Positions 30,278 through 39,859 of a DNA stretch of 64,000 nt are shown in pieces. Every line of letters begins with the position of its first letter. The first letter of the stretch is position 1. The DNA comes from Cenarchaeum sp. Its GTDB lineage: Archaea; Thermoproteota; Nitrososphaeria; Nitrososphaerales; Nitrosopumilaceae. The stretch is from contig OZ242221.1 of NCBI GenBank assembly GCA_965206845.1, positions 736,001-800,000 of the forward strand. Direction: 5' to 3'. The notes beneath the pieces were generated by a model. The model made no database searches. It was not told where the DNA came from and was given only the letters and a program-made list of their open reading frames with translations. The position numbers and the translations under genes were made by a program.

Positions 30278-30688
30278 CTAGTTTTTTACGCGCATTATTT
30301 TAGTCCTGTCCATGACCTTCCAGTACTCTACATTCTGGCCGTTCTCCAGCTGGCCCTGCACACTCTCGTCTATCAGGGTCACATCGATGGTATCAAAGGT
30401 GTCAGAGTCCATCACCTGTGTTATGTCGCCAGTCATCGAGATTATCTGTCCGAGTCTCTTGTCGATGAGCGGAACATGCACCTGCATGCTGACAGGTCCC
30501 ACGTGGGGGCGCTTCTGCCCGTCAAAGATGCCCACGGCCACGATTCGCGCCTTTGCCGCACCGTGCTTGCCTGGCTTGCTTGTATCGTACTCTGTTATTC
30601 TGCACGCCTCGCCGGTGGCCTGATCCCCCACGGGAAGAAGAATGTAGGATCCGATCTTCAGGGAACCTAGGTCAGCAGGTCTGCTCAT
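30278..30688 (-). CDS. eif5a: Translation factor aIF-5A
   Basis: Hypusine loop 'SKPGKHGAAK'. Confidence 0.96.
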   Translation of the reverse strand: MSRPADLGSLKIGSYILLPVGDQATGEACRITEYDTSKPGKHGAAKARIVAVGIFDGQKRPHVGPVSMQVHVPLIDKRLGQIISMTGDITQVMDSDTFDTIDVTLIDESVQGQLENGQNVEYWKVMDRTKIMRVKN

Positions 30689-31100
30689 ATGTGATGGACG
30701 GGCGGTGTTGAATATTTAACTTTTCTATTTAGCATGACTGCGCTCCAGAGGAGCATACCAGTTCAGATGTCGACCTCCGGGTAGCCATTTTGGATACCTG
30801 TCTGTAGAGCACGGCCATTTGTTACGGATCCCCCCCAACCCTGATGCCGCAGGCAGTGCGGCGTACGGCTGCAGATATAGGATCCAGGCGGCATAAACCG
30901 CAGTGGCAGCTTGCCCCACAAGCGCCTGCACCGCGGCACCATTCCGACGGATCCGCCATACAGCCATTCCCGCAACAAAGGGGCCCACAGTCCAAGGTAC
31001 AGGGAGCGCTTCCCGCTCAGTCTTCTTGACAGCAGTCAGGCAGCGTAGCCATTACGCGTCACTGTGGGGCTAGATCCGCGGCATGCATTCGTAGTAGGGT

Positions 31101-31712
31101 CTACTTGAGCCGCTCTAGGAGCGACAGTGCAAACAGATTTGACATCTTGATGCCCTTCTGACAGACATCCCTGCGCGTCTTCTCGCAGTATTTTTTGACG
31201 CTCTGGTGGCTCTTCTCGCTGGCCACCTCCAGGACCATTATGCTCTGGCTATATGGGAACGTAAACTTGAGCGGCTCTGTGCAGTAGAGATCCATGCTGC
31301 CCCATATCGCCCGGCCCACCTGGGTTCTTCGGGCCAGCTGCTCTGCCACCTCCCGCATGTCCTCACTGGACTCCCCGTACTCTAGGTAGTACACGGACAC
31401 AAAATTCACAGGATCCGAGACCTCCCGCTGAAAGAGATCCTCGCGGCTGCTGAGCATGAAGGAGATCTTTTCCTGGTTGAACCTCTTCAGATCCCGCCGG
31501 ATCTTTGCCTCGTCCCTGTACTTGACCAGGATGTAGTGGTTGGCATGGGAAGAAAAGTACGACTTGCCGTCGTCTGAGAATGTGGCGGTAACAAAGTACA
31601 TGGACTCGATATTTCTGGAGTGGGCCCAGATATCCTTCAGCTCCGCCGAGTCATGATCATGCCTGTATGGAACGCATGCGTATCCCATGTTCACCATAAG
31701 CGTTCGTAACAT
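31101..31712 (-). CDS. Conserved hypothetical protein
   Basis: Long ORF with host-like codon usage; TATA-like TTAAATA upstream; no recognised motif. Confidence 0.65.
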   Translation of the reverse strand: MLRTLMVNMGYACVPYRHDHDSAELKDIWAHSRNIESMYFVTATFSDDGKSYFSSHANHYILVKYRDEAKIRRDLKRFNQEKISFMLSSREDLFQREVSDPVNFVSVYYLEYGESSEDMREVAEQLARRTQVGRAIWGSMDLYCTEPLKFTFPYSQSIMVLEVASEKSHQSVKKYCEKTRRDVCQKGIKMSNLFALSLLERLK

Positions 31713-31841
31713 AGGTTTTTTGCCACGGCGCAGTATTTAACATTTGGAGCCCGTGGCACTGCCTGGGATTCGTGGCACGGCACAACGGCACGCCCCTGCG
31801 TCGATAGTTATTTAATACATAGAGGTACACGATCAAACTGT

Positions 31842-31966
31842 CCCAAGCTAGCTCAGCCTGGTAGAGCTTCCGGCTGTAGTTGTCGGCTTTGGGCTGGCTC
31901 AAATAGCAGCATACCAGGCATACAGAAACCGGGTTGTCGCAGGTTCAATTCCTGCGCTTGGGACCA
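31842..31966 (+). tRNA. tRNA-Tyr(GTA) with 48-nt intron at 37/38 (31880-31927)
   Basis: C1:G72 acceptor CCCAAGC/GCTTGGG plus ACCA; bulge-helix-bulge (CTGT/ACAG helix, AGT and AAA bulges). Confidence 0.93.
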
Positions 31967-32009
31967 CAATATAATCCGGCGCCGGTGTGTGATCGGCGCG
32001 CCCCCCGAG

Positions 32010-33074
32010 TCACGGGTTGATGACTGCCCGGCCGTTGATCTTTCTTGATATGAGATCTTCCATGGCGGTGTTTGCGTCATCCAGTGAGTACCTTTTTGTG
32101 ATCTTTGGGTTGATGACTCCCTGCCTGGCAAGGCCGATCAGCTCCACCATGTCGTCGTACCTTCCCGTGTACGCCCCCTGGATGGTAATTGATTTGAGCG
32201 GTATGGTAACAAGGGAGATGCTCAGGGAACCGCCAAAGAGTCCCACCAGAACCATGTTCCCCCTCTTTCGCAGGACCTGCAGCCCCACCTTTACCGTGTT
32301 TGGGGCGTTGACAAAGTCGATTACGCTGTCAGCCCCCTTGCCGTTGCACAGCGACATTATTCTGGATGCGGCATCGGCCGAGCCTGGCTGAACCTTCGAG
32401 TTGACCGTATGGTCGGCGCCCATCTCCCTTGCAGTCTGCAGCTTCCTGTCATCCAGGTCAACACAGATTATCTTGGCATCGGTTATCGCCTTTGCGATCT
32501 GTATCCCCATGAGGCCCAGCCCGCCGGCGCCGATGATCACAATAAACTCGGGTGAGTTGGCATTTGCCTTCTTAACTGCGGTAAACCCCGTCAACCCGGC
32601 GCAGGCAAGGGAGGTTGCGCTGTCATGGTCAAGACCGGATATGTCAGCCAGGTACTTGTAGCTGGGCACCTTGACGCTCTCGGCGTAGCCACCGTCCTGA
32701 AACAGTCCGATAGATCTTGGGGTCTCGCAGAGGTTCTCGCTGCCCTCCAGGCATGTTTTGCAGCTGCCGCAACCCAGCCACGGGTACACCAGCACCTGAT
32801 CTCCCGGCTTGAATCCCTGCACGTCAGGGCCGATCTTAGAGACGGTGCCTGTTATCTCGTGCCCAGGAGTGACCGGGTACCGGACACCCCTGTCTGTAAC
32901 CTTGAGAAATGTCCCGTCACCCAGATCGTAGCCGCCCTCCCACAGATGCAGATCACTGTGGCAGACTCCTGCGGCTGTAACCTTTACAACAACCTCCGGT
33001 CCCTGGACGCGCGGTGTCTCCAGATCGGTAACTTGAAGGGGCTTTTGCGGCTCGACGATTCTGGCTGCCTTCAC
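32010..33074 (-). CDS. Zn-dependent alcohol dehydrogenase (MDR family)
   Basis: 'GVCHSD', 'GHE', C..C..C.......C, 'GAGGLG'. Confidence 0.92.
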   Translation of the reverse strand: MKAARIVEPQKPLQVTDLETPRVQGPEVVVKVTAAGVCHSDLHLWEGGYDLGDGTFLKVTDRGVRYPVTPGHEITGTVSKIGPDVQGFKPGDQVLVYPWLGCGSCKTCLEGSENLCETPRSIGLFQDGGYAESVKVPSYKYLADISGLDHDSATSLACAGLTGFTAVKKANANSPEFIVIIGAGGLGLMGIQIAKAITDAKIICVDLDDRKLQTAREMGADHTVNSKVQPGSADAASRIMSLCNGKGADSVIDFVNAPNTVKVGLQVLRKRGNMVLVGLFGGSLSISLVTIPLKSITIQGAYTGRYDDMVELIGLARQGVINPKITKRYSLDDANTAMEDLISRKINGRAVINP

Positions 33075-33168
33075 AGCGATTTTTTTCCGGCTGACAATAT
33101 AAGAGTTGACCGGGTAAGCAAGAAAAGTAGATCACACAGATATTATGTCAGTTCGCGGCACAGACGGT

Positions 33169-33828
33169 ATGAGCGAGGAGCCGCTGGGGATATCAAAGAA
33201 GCCTGTAAACATCCTGTTCAACCCATCTGTGATCTCAAAGAGGGACGTATGGGAGATCGACCTAATTCACATTCTGGATATCCTGATGGAGATCCTCAAA
33301 AAAACCGACAACAAGGATCTCCGGGTTGCGGGAATGGCGGCCCTGTCGTCATCCCTCATATACCGCATGAAGGTAGAGAGCATATTCGCGCTGCAAAAGT
33401 CTGCGATGGAGAGAAAGCCGGTGGTCAGAAGAGATGACATGAACATCGACATGGTGGATATTCCCTACAGGCACGAGTCAACCTACCCGGTGTCACTGGA
33501 GGATCTGATGGGGCTGCTTGAGAACCTGATCAGTTCCATTGCCAGTACTGGATCGCGCAGGAGAAAAACCGTACTCGAACCCAACGAGGTTCCCAACTTT
33601 CAGGAGTACTTTAACGCCCTTGAGAATGTCATAGAAAGGTACGAGAGCACGATAATGAAAAGGATCGCGCCCGCAGGCTCGGTGCTTCTTCAGGAGATTG
33701 TGTCGGATCTGGAGTTCATTGACGCCATCAGGTGCTTCTTTGCCGCCCTGTTCCTGGCAAAGGACGGGAAGGTAGATCTGGAGCAGATAGGCGATGACAT
33801 CAGGATCACGCTGCCTACCGGCGCATGA
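33169..33828 (+). CDS. scpA: Segregation/condensation kleisin ScpA
   Basis: 'DVWEIDLI', 'PVSLEDL', C-terminal winged helix 'FFAALFLAKDGKVDLEQ..DDIRI'. Confidence 0.85.
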   Translation: MSEEPLGISKKPVNILFNPSVISKRDVWEIDLIHILDILMEILKKTDNKDLRVAGMAALSSSLIYRMKVESIFALQKSAMERKPVVRRDDMNIDMVDIPYRHESTYPVSLEDLMGLLENLISSIASTGSRRRKTVLEPNEVPNFQEYFNALENVIERYESTIMKRIAPAGSVLLQEIVSDLEFIDAIRCFFAALFLAKDGKVDLEQIGDDIRITLPTGA

Positions 33829-33893
33829 GGCCGGGCCCACTCATTTGAATGCAGGTTCCCTCGCCGGGTCAGCCATGGCAGGCGATGCCGCGC

Positions 33894-34598
33894 CTACTGG
33901 CGGAACTCCGGCCGCCACCGCCTGGACATCTTCTCATCCATATCGTCTGCCAGAGCATCCAGATCTGAGATGTCGCCCAGTTTTTGGAAGGTAAGCTTCT
34001 GAAGCGTCTGTATGACGCTCTTTGCGGCCCGGTATTGGGGCACGCCGGGATCGTTGAGCTCTCCGTACAGCCCGATTCCCCGAACGCCGCAGGCCATTGC
34101 GTACCCTAGAACCAGGCCGTTGAAGCCGGTGATCAGCGACCTCTGGGGCGAGAGATCAAAGCCGGACTTTTGCAGCTGTCCGGCAATCTCCTTGGAGGTT
34201 GAGGTGACAAACGTCCGCGGAGATCTCTGCAGCTCCCTGTCTGTGTGAAACCCGCCCACGGTGTAGATGAACTTGGCCGAATACTTTTTTGCCACATCGA
34301 CCACATCCTGGCACACGTCGTGCAGCTCCTGGATGCTCTGCGGCTGGCCCGCACTCCCGCCGAATATGATCAGGCTGTCGGTGCAGGTGTACCACCACTC
34401 CTCTTTTGCCATGCTTATGTAGCCGCCGTTGTCCACCACGTATCCCGGGAGGGATGATCTTGCAGATCTAAAACGCCTGCACTTCAGATGAGCGTTGACA
34501 AAGTCCACCACTATACTACCCACGTTGCCCATATCCTGCATTGCTGCTATGACTATGGGTTTTTGCAGATTCGGCTCCTTCTCCTGAATGAACTCCAC
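33894..34598 (-). CDS. PAC2-family proteasome assembly chaperone-like protein
   Basis: 'DMGNVGSI', 'IYTVGG', 'ITGFNGLVLG', 'GLYGE'; GTG start at 34598 with TATTAAT 23 nt upstream. Confidence 0.85.
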   Translation of the reverse strand: MEFIQEKEPNLQKPIVIAAMQDMGNVGSIVVDFVNAHLKCRRFRSARSSLPGYVVDNGGYISMAKEEWWYTCTDSLIIFGGSAGQPQSIQELHDVCQDVVDVAKKYSAKFIYTVGGFHTDRELQRSPRTFVTSTSKEIAGQLQKSGFDLSPQRSLITGFNGLVLGYAMACGVRGIGLYGELNDPGVPQYRAAKSVIQTLQKLTFQKLGDISDLDALADDMDEKMSRRWRPEFRQ

Positions 34599-34642
34599 AT
34601 ATGGAATCCGGCATCTTTGGATTAATAGGTTAGCTTGAATCA

Positions 34643-34800
34643 GGGAATTATATACAAAAGTAAACGGTACTTTTGTCTTTTTCTGGCGCTCCGGCGATCC
34701 CTCCCATGCTTGGCTCTTGCATGTCGTTTGCGAAACGCGCGGGAGCAATCCCGCGCTGGAATCTCGCGCCTTGGGACGACAATCCCTGCCGCCCTGCCGT
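34643..34800 (-). ncRNA. Putative omegaRNA scaffold, copy 2
   Basis: Homologous to the right ends of copies 1 and 3 with conserved and covarying stems; boundaries approximate. Confidence 0.65.
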
Positions 34801-36279
34801 CGCCATGACGGCAATGTTGTGCGCCGCGTTTACGTCGGCGTTGATGTCGTTCTTGCACCTGTCGTTCGTGCAGTGGAACTCCCCCTGCGATGTCCGGGAG
34901 TCCTTGTCCTTGTGCCCGCACCTGTGGCATGTTGTGCTGGTGCCGCCGGGATGGACGAACACGACCATCACGCCGGCGTTCGCGCATGCGCCCTCGATCC
35001 GCATTTGGAACGTCCTAGGACGCGAGTATGACATCTCCCTGTTGAGCCCCGTCTTGGCGGAGCTCCCATTGCCCTTGGCCCTAGCCGTCATGTTCTTGAC
35101 TTTCAAGTCCTCCATGGATACGGTTCCTGCGCCGTCCGCTATTCTCTTTGACGCGTGCCGCTCCCAGTTCGTCTGGCGGTTGGCGACCTTTTCACGCTTC
35201 CTTTGGATCTTCCTTTGCAGATCCCTGTAGCTGCGGGACTTGGGCCTGTCGCGCCTAGCCTCCCTGTTGATGCTGTCCTGCCCGCAGGTCTTGTCCTGTT
35301 TGCCGGACTTGCCGTTCTGCCTGATGCGCCTGTTGCCGCTACCTCCCCTCTTTCGTGAGAGCTCCGAGTGCATCTTGGATATTTTGTCGTTCTTGGCGCG
35401 CCTGCAGTCCTTTGGAATGTCATGAAATGTATGGCTGCCTGTGTCCAAGTCTACGGTTGTGGCTCCGTGGACGATGCCCATGTCGACTCCCCTGATGACC
35501 GCTGACTCTGATGGCTTTGGAGCCCTGGTTCTTGTCTGGATATGTAGGCGGTACGTCCTGTTGCAATCCTCGGTGCGCCTCGTGATCCTCTTGGTGGTCT
35601 CGACGAGCTGGAAGGATCGCATGTCAAGCCCCTCCACGTCGCCGTGGAGCCTTACCGTGCCGACACCAGGCAGCATGATTATGTTGTCGCCCTTGGGCAC
35701 GGGCTTCCCAAACACGCACAGAGCCTGCCTTTCACGCTTTCTCCTGAACAAATCATTGGCGTGGCTCCAGCGGTTCCTCTTGTTGCTCCACCTGTTCGAT
35801 GGCAGGTTTGCGCCGGAGCCGTCGTCATTTGCGCCATTGTCGGAGCCGTCCCCGTCCCGACGTATCAACTTGGCCGCCTTTTTCACCTCCATTTCCCTGT
35901 CCTTTATGGCCATGTTTTTCCACATGATTTTGTTGGAGCGCTTTGTCACGTTTGACTCCAAGAACTTCAGAACGGCCTCCCTTCCCTGGGCAAGCTCGGC
36001 CCTCTGCACCAGTACGGGGCCGTCAAGCCACCTGTTTCCACTTCTCCATTTTGTAAGCTTGTTATAAAGGTCAAATCTGGTTATTGCTGGATCCTTCAGC
36101 GTCTTCTCCACGGCCATGTTGTAGGCCCATCGCTGCTGGACAATGAGGCGCGATATGAGAACCGACAGCTCCCAGGACTGGTCAAAGTCAACCATTATGG
36201 TGCGGACCATCGTGCCGTTCCCTGCGGGATTTGGCCTCATTTCTGGCGCCGGCGCGGTTGCAGTTGCTGTTGCCACCAT
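34648..36279 (-). CDS. tnpB: TnpB-like RNA-guided RuvC nuclease (543 aa)
   Basis: GVDMG / MEDL / NADVNAAHNI catalytic motifs, CHRC..CTNDRC Zn finger; diverged paralogue of copy 1. Confidence 0.92.
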   Translation of the reverse strand: MVATATATAPAPEMRPNPAGNGTMVRTIMVDFDQSWELSVLISRLIVQQRWAYNMAVEKTLKDPAITRFDLYNKLTKWRSGNRWLDGPVLVQRAELAQGREAVLKFLESNVTKRSNKIMWKNMAIKDREMEVKKAAKLIRRDGDGSDNGANDDGSGANLPSNRWSNKRNRWSHANDLFRRKRERQALCVFGKPVPKGDNIIMLPGVGTVRLHGDVEGLDMRSFQLVETTKRITRRTEDCNRTYRLHIQTRTRAPKPSESAVIRGVDMGIVHGATTVDLDTGSHTFHDIPKDCRRAKNDKISKMHSELSRKRGGSGNRRIRQNGKSGKQDKTCGQDSINREARRDRPKSRSYRDLQRKIQRKREKVANRQTNWERHASKRIADGAGTVSMEDLKVKNMTARAKGNGSSAKTGLNREMSYSRPRTFQMRIEGACANAGVMVVFVHPGGTSTTCHRCGHKDKDSRTSQGEFHCTNDRCKNDINADVNAAHNIAVMATAGRQGLSSQGARFQRGIAPARFANDMQEPSMGGIAGAPEKDKSTVYFCI

Positions 36280-36481
36280 AGATGTGATTCGTAATTAGCA
36301 CGCAGGCATATTAGAGCACGATCTTTGGCATAATCATACGAAAGTTGCATGCTTTGGAGCACACATCTGTAAGATTATGGGCATCGAAGGCCCGATTCTT
36401 AATTGCGGATCATGTCTCATGATGATTGATTTCATTACCGCATGCAATATTCCACACCGCATAAAAGCGCCGCGACTATAC

Positions 36482-36517
36482 CATGCGGACTATACAGACC
36501 ATGCGGATCATGCAGAC
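36482..36517 (-). repeat. Four tandem 9-bp units (consensus GTCYGCATG on minus strand)
   Basis: CATGCGGAC-TATACAGAC-CATGCGGAT-CATGCAGAC on the plus strand. Confidence 0.8.
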
Positions 36518-36669
36518 AGCCCGTACCGTCACGGCAGCCAATGCCGCCGCGTTTGCCCATGCGGTCACGGCCGTCCAGAACGTTACGCAGGCATCGCGCA
36601 AAGGTAGCGCGTGGGAGAGAGCCGGAAAAGGCAGAAGACCCGTTTACTTTTGTATATAATTCCCTTGAA

Positions 36670-37707
36670 TCACGCGGGAATCTCGTCGAGCTCAAAGTTG
36701 TGTTCCACAAAATACTCAACCCGCGTCTTTTTAAACTCCCGGGAGCTGAACAGGATTCTGTACTCGTCTACGTCGATCTGCCCCTGTATGGTGCCTGCCA
36801 TCTCCCGGGCCTCATCCTCTGACTTGCAGTGGATCATGGAGAAGACGTTGTAGGGCCAGTCCGGGTACACGGGCCTCTGATAGCAGTGGCTGACCTGTGG
36901 GAAGGCCCCCAGCATGCGGCCGACCTCCTCAACCCTGCCTTCTGGCACCTTCCAGACGATCATGCCGTTGGCCGTAAAGCCTGCGTCCCGGTGACGTAGG
37001 ATTGCCGCAAACCTGCGCATGACTCCGATCTCCTCGTAGTGCCTCAGCCTCTCAAATATCATATCCTCGGTCATGCCGAGACTCTGCGCCGCAGGCAGGA
37101 ACGGCCGGTCAGATATCGGCAGATCCTTCTGCAGCTCCCTTACAAATGCCCGGTCTTCCTCGGTGGGCTTGAACTTTGCGTCCCGGATGTTCTTCTCCGG
37201 CTCGCTGGGGGCGACCGCATGCTTTTTCTCCTCGACCATCTCAAGCTTTACCCCGATCTTGAACAGCCGAATGGTTGGAAGCATCCGGATCTTGACAATG
37301 CCTGGAATTCTTTTAAACTTGTCAATCTCTGTCTTCAGATCCGAGCCCGGGGACACTGCCAGTGTAAACCACAGGTTAAACTCGTGATCCCGCTCGTAGT
37401 TATGGCTCACCCCGGGATGGCGGTTTACCACTGCCGCCACGCTCTCCAGCTCCTCTGGCACTATCTGCATTGCAACCAGCGAGCTCCTGTAGCCCAGCCT
37501 GCGCGTGTCAAAGATTGCGCTGAGCTGGCGCAGGACGCCGGACCTTTTCAGCTTCGTCAGCCTCTCCTTTACCGCATACGGCGTGATGCCAAACTTTTCT
37601 GCGATCACATCAAAGGGCCTGGCCGTCAGAGGAAACGTCCACTGAATTTCGTTGAGAATCTCCCTATCCAGACTGTCCATACCGTGGCCAAACTCGGTGA
37701 CCGGCAT
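36670..37707 (-). CDS. Siroheme decarboxylase AhbA/AhbB (NirDL/GH-like) fusion
   Basis: Two Lrp-like halves with 'VSHNYER..EFNLWFT' and 'VSHCYQR...WPYNVFSMIH'; next to hem genes. Confidence 0.88.
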   Translation of the reverse strand: MPVTEFGHGMDSLDREILNEIQWTFPLTARPFDVIAEKFGITPYAVKERLTKLKRSGVLRQLSAIFDTRRLGYRSSLVAMQIVPEELESVAAVVNRHPGVSHNYERDHEFNLWFTLAVSPGSDLKTEIDKFKRIPGIVKIRMLPTIRLFKIGVKLEMVEEKKHAVAPSEPEKNIRDAKFKPTEEDRAFVRELQKDLPISDRPFLPAAQSLGMTEDMIFERLRHYEEIGVMRRFAAILRHRDAGFTANGMIVWKVPEGRVEEVGRMLGAFPQVSHCYQRPVYPDWPYNVFSMIHCKSEDEAREMAGTIQGQIDVDEYRILFSSREFKKTRVEYFVEHNFELDEIPA

Positions 37708-37928
37708 TTCAATTAAAAATGTACCGTACAGGGACAGGCTGCATAGCTTGCGCCCACACAGACTGAGGCAGGGGATGCCTCCCGCCAAGAGCTGCCGTCC
37801 CGGCGCCCACGCCGTTTTGCCCAAGCCGCAAAACGCGCCTTCGTCGGATCCTGCGTGGAGGGCTGCGGCCAGGCCACGACGGCACAAGAGAACCCAGGAA
37901 TAAATACGAGTCATACGCCAACACAGCA

Positions 37929-38579
37929 GTGATTGTTGACCTTCATCTGAGGGACCGGTTCGTGCTCGTGGTGGGCGGGGGCGGACAGGCGCTCAAAAAG
38001 ACAAAGGATCTGCTGCAGGAGGGATGCTCGATTCTGGTCATAAGCAAGGATGTGGTACCTGAGATCGAGGATCTGGCAACAGAGGGCCACATCAGGCTGC
38101 AAAGAGCGGCTCTGGCAGGTGCAGGCGCGCTCAAGAAGCACAGGCCGTTTCTGGTAATCTCCGCCACCAGCAACACCAAGCTCAACCAGGAGATCACGGC
38201 GGCCGCGGGGGAGATGGGCATTCTGGCATTCTCATCAGACTGCCCACAGCAGAGCAGCTTTGCCAGCGTATCGACGATTGCGGCAGGCGGCCCGGTCAGG
38301 GTGGCGGTGTCCACCGGAGGAAGGAGTCCCATCATGGCAAGGAAGATCAGGGAGGAGATCGAGCCTGCGGTAAGGGACGCCGTAACAGAGGAGCGCCTGA
38401 ACCAGATCAGGGTGCAGGAGACGGCAAGGGAGATGGCAGGAGCCATTGGCACACAGAGGCAGAGGAGGAGGTTCCTGTACGCAGTAATGGATGATCCGGC
38501 CATTGATCGGTTAATAAAAGCCGGAGATCTCACAGAGGTTCGGGGGCGGATAAGGGATCTTCTGGAGAACTGGAGATGA
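37929..38579 (+). CDS. Precorrin-2 dehydrogenase/sirohydrochlorin ferrochelatase (CysG N-terminal/SirC-like)
   Basis: 'VLVVGGG', 'VAVSTGGRSP.MARKIRE'. Confidence 0.88.
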   Translation: MIVDLHLRDRFVLVVGGGGQALKKTKDLLQEGCSILVISKDVVPEIEDLATEGHIRLQRAALAGAGALKKHRPFLVISATSNTKLNQEITAAAGEMGILAFSSDCPQQSSFASVSTIAAGGPVRVAVSTGGRSPIMARKIREEIEPAVRDAVTEERLNQIRVQETAREMAGAIGTQRQRRRFLYAVMDDPAIDRLIKAGDLTEVRGRIRDLLENWR

Positions 38580-39829
38580 CGAACAGCATAATTAACGCAA
38601 AGGTAACCTTTCGCAGCTCACCCATCCATGTCTTGGAGAGGTTTACCTTCAAGGAGCCGGAGATCGCATTGAAGAAGTTCATCGAGCACTCTGAGCTGGA
38701 CGAATGCGTGATCGTGCAGACATGCAACAGGGTGGAGCTGTTTGCGTCCGCAGGCCGCTGTGACCAAGAGAGGATCAAGAGGACGTGGGCATCGCTGGCC
38801 GGGCTGGATGAGAGTTCCTTTCAAGACAACTTTGAGATAACAGAGAACGAGCAGGCCTACCGCCACCTTCTGCGGCTGACATCGGGTCTTGACTCGATGG
38901 TCGTGGGCGAGGAGCAGATCCTAGGCCAGATAAAGAGATCCATTGCAACCGCCAAGGGAGTGCACACGTCCGGAAGGCGCCTGAATACCATGTTTGACAA
39001 GGCCGTAAGAGCTGGCACTTGGATAAGAAGCACCACGGGCATCGGACAGGGGGGCATATCCGTAGGATCCATGGCAGTCAAGCTTGTCGAGGAGAACATA
39101 GACGATCTCAAATCAAAGAGAATCCTGCTCATTGGAACCGGAGAGGTCTCGACCCTCGCGGCCAAATCCCTGGCCCGGCGCGGCTATGCCTTTGACGTGG
39201 CCAGCAGGACGCTGTCTAGATCAAGGGCGTTCTGCGAGACCATGGGCGGCAAGCCCATAAGGTACCAAGACGTCTTAGAGCGGTTCAAGAACTATGATGC
39301 CGTATTTGTGGCAACCTCTGCGCCGTACTTTCTTGTAACCTTTGAGCACATCAGGCAGGCAATGAGAGCAAAACCGCAGGGCATAATGATTCTGGATCTC
39401 TCCAACCCGCGAACCGTAGACGAGAAGGTGGCCACGCTGGGCGGCGTCAAGCTTATGAACCTGGATCAGATCGCCGAGATGGTAGACAAAAATATGAGGA
39501 GCCGGCTAAACAAAGTCAAGATGGTGGAGGATATAATCACTCAGGAGACTGCAGCCATAGGGGCGTCCATGAGGCGCCTTGACGCAGAGCCCATAATCAA
39601 GAGCGTCTTTAGCAGCGCAGATGAACGCCGCAAGAAGGAGCTGAAGAAGGCGCTGCAGATGCTGGGGGAGCAGGATCAGTCAAGGATCAAGATCATAGAG
39701 GATCTGACAAAGGCGGTAGTCGAGGGGATCGTGTCAGCACCCATGAACAACCTGAGAAAGGCATCGGAGCGGGGAGACGAGGGCATATTGGATGCGGCAA
39801 GCAGCCTGTTTGGGTACCGTACGGATTAG
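38576..39829 (+). CDS. hemA: Glutamyl-tRNA reductase
   Basis: 'TCNRVE', 'GLDSMVVGEEQILGQ', 'DLSNPR'. Confidence 0.96.
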   Translation: MTNSIINAKVTFRSSPIHVLERFTFKEPEIALKKFIEHSELDECVIVQTCNRVELFASAGRCDQERIKRTWASLAGLDESSFQDNFEITENEQAYRHLLRLTSGLDSMVVGEEQILGQIKRSIATAKGVHTSGRRLNTMFDKAVRAGTWIRSTTGIGQGGISVGSMAVKLVEENIDDLKSKRILLIGTGEVSTLAAKSLARRGYAFDVASRTLSRSRAFCETMGGKPIRYQDVLERFKNYDAVFVATSAPYFLVTFEHIRQAMRAKPQGIMILDLSNPRTVDEKVATLGGVKLMNLDQIAEMVDKNMRSRLNKVKMVEDIITQETAAIGASMRRLDAEPIIKSVFSSADERRKKELKKALQMLGEQDQSRIKIIEDLTKAVVEGIVSAPMNNLRKASERGDEGILDAASSLFGYRTD

Positions 39830-39859
39830 GGTTATATTTGAACCAAGTGTGTATCAATT

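Larger units (their letters stand above)
34643..36664 (-). mobile_element. TIR-bounded, transposase-less tnpB element, copy 2
   Basis: 25-bp perfect TIR GGGAATTATATACAAAAGTAAACGG (34643-34667 / 36640-36664); 8-bp direct repeat TTGAATCA at 34635-34642 and 36665-36672. Confidence 0.93.

Noticed and set aside
34599-34814. N-terminal extension of the PAC2 ORF from within the element
   Set aside because: An open frame through the element end; a native TATA and GTG start lie outside the element. The DUF1512 extension to 12172 was rejected similarly.
36482-36517. CRISPR array beside a Cas12-like gene
   Set aside because: Units are 9 bp and contiguous with no spacers; no CRISPR array or cas1/cas2 was seen in the window.
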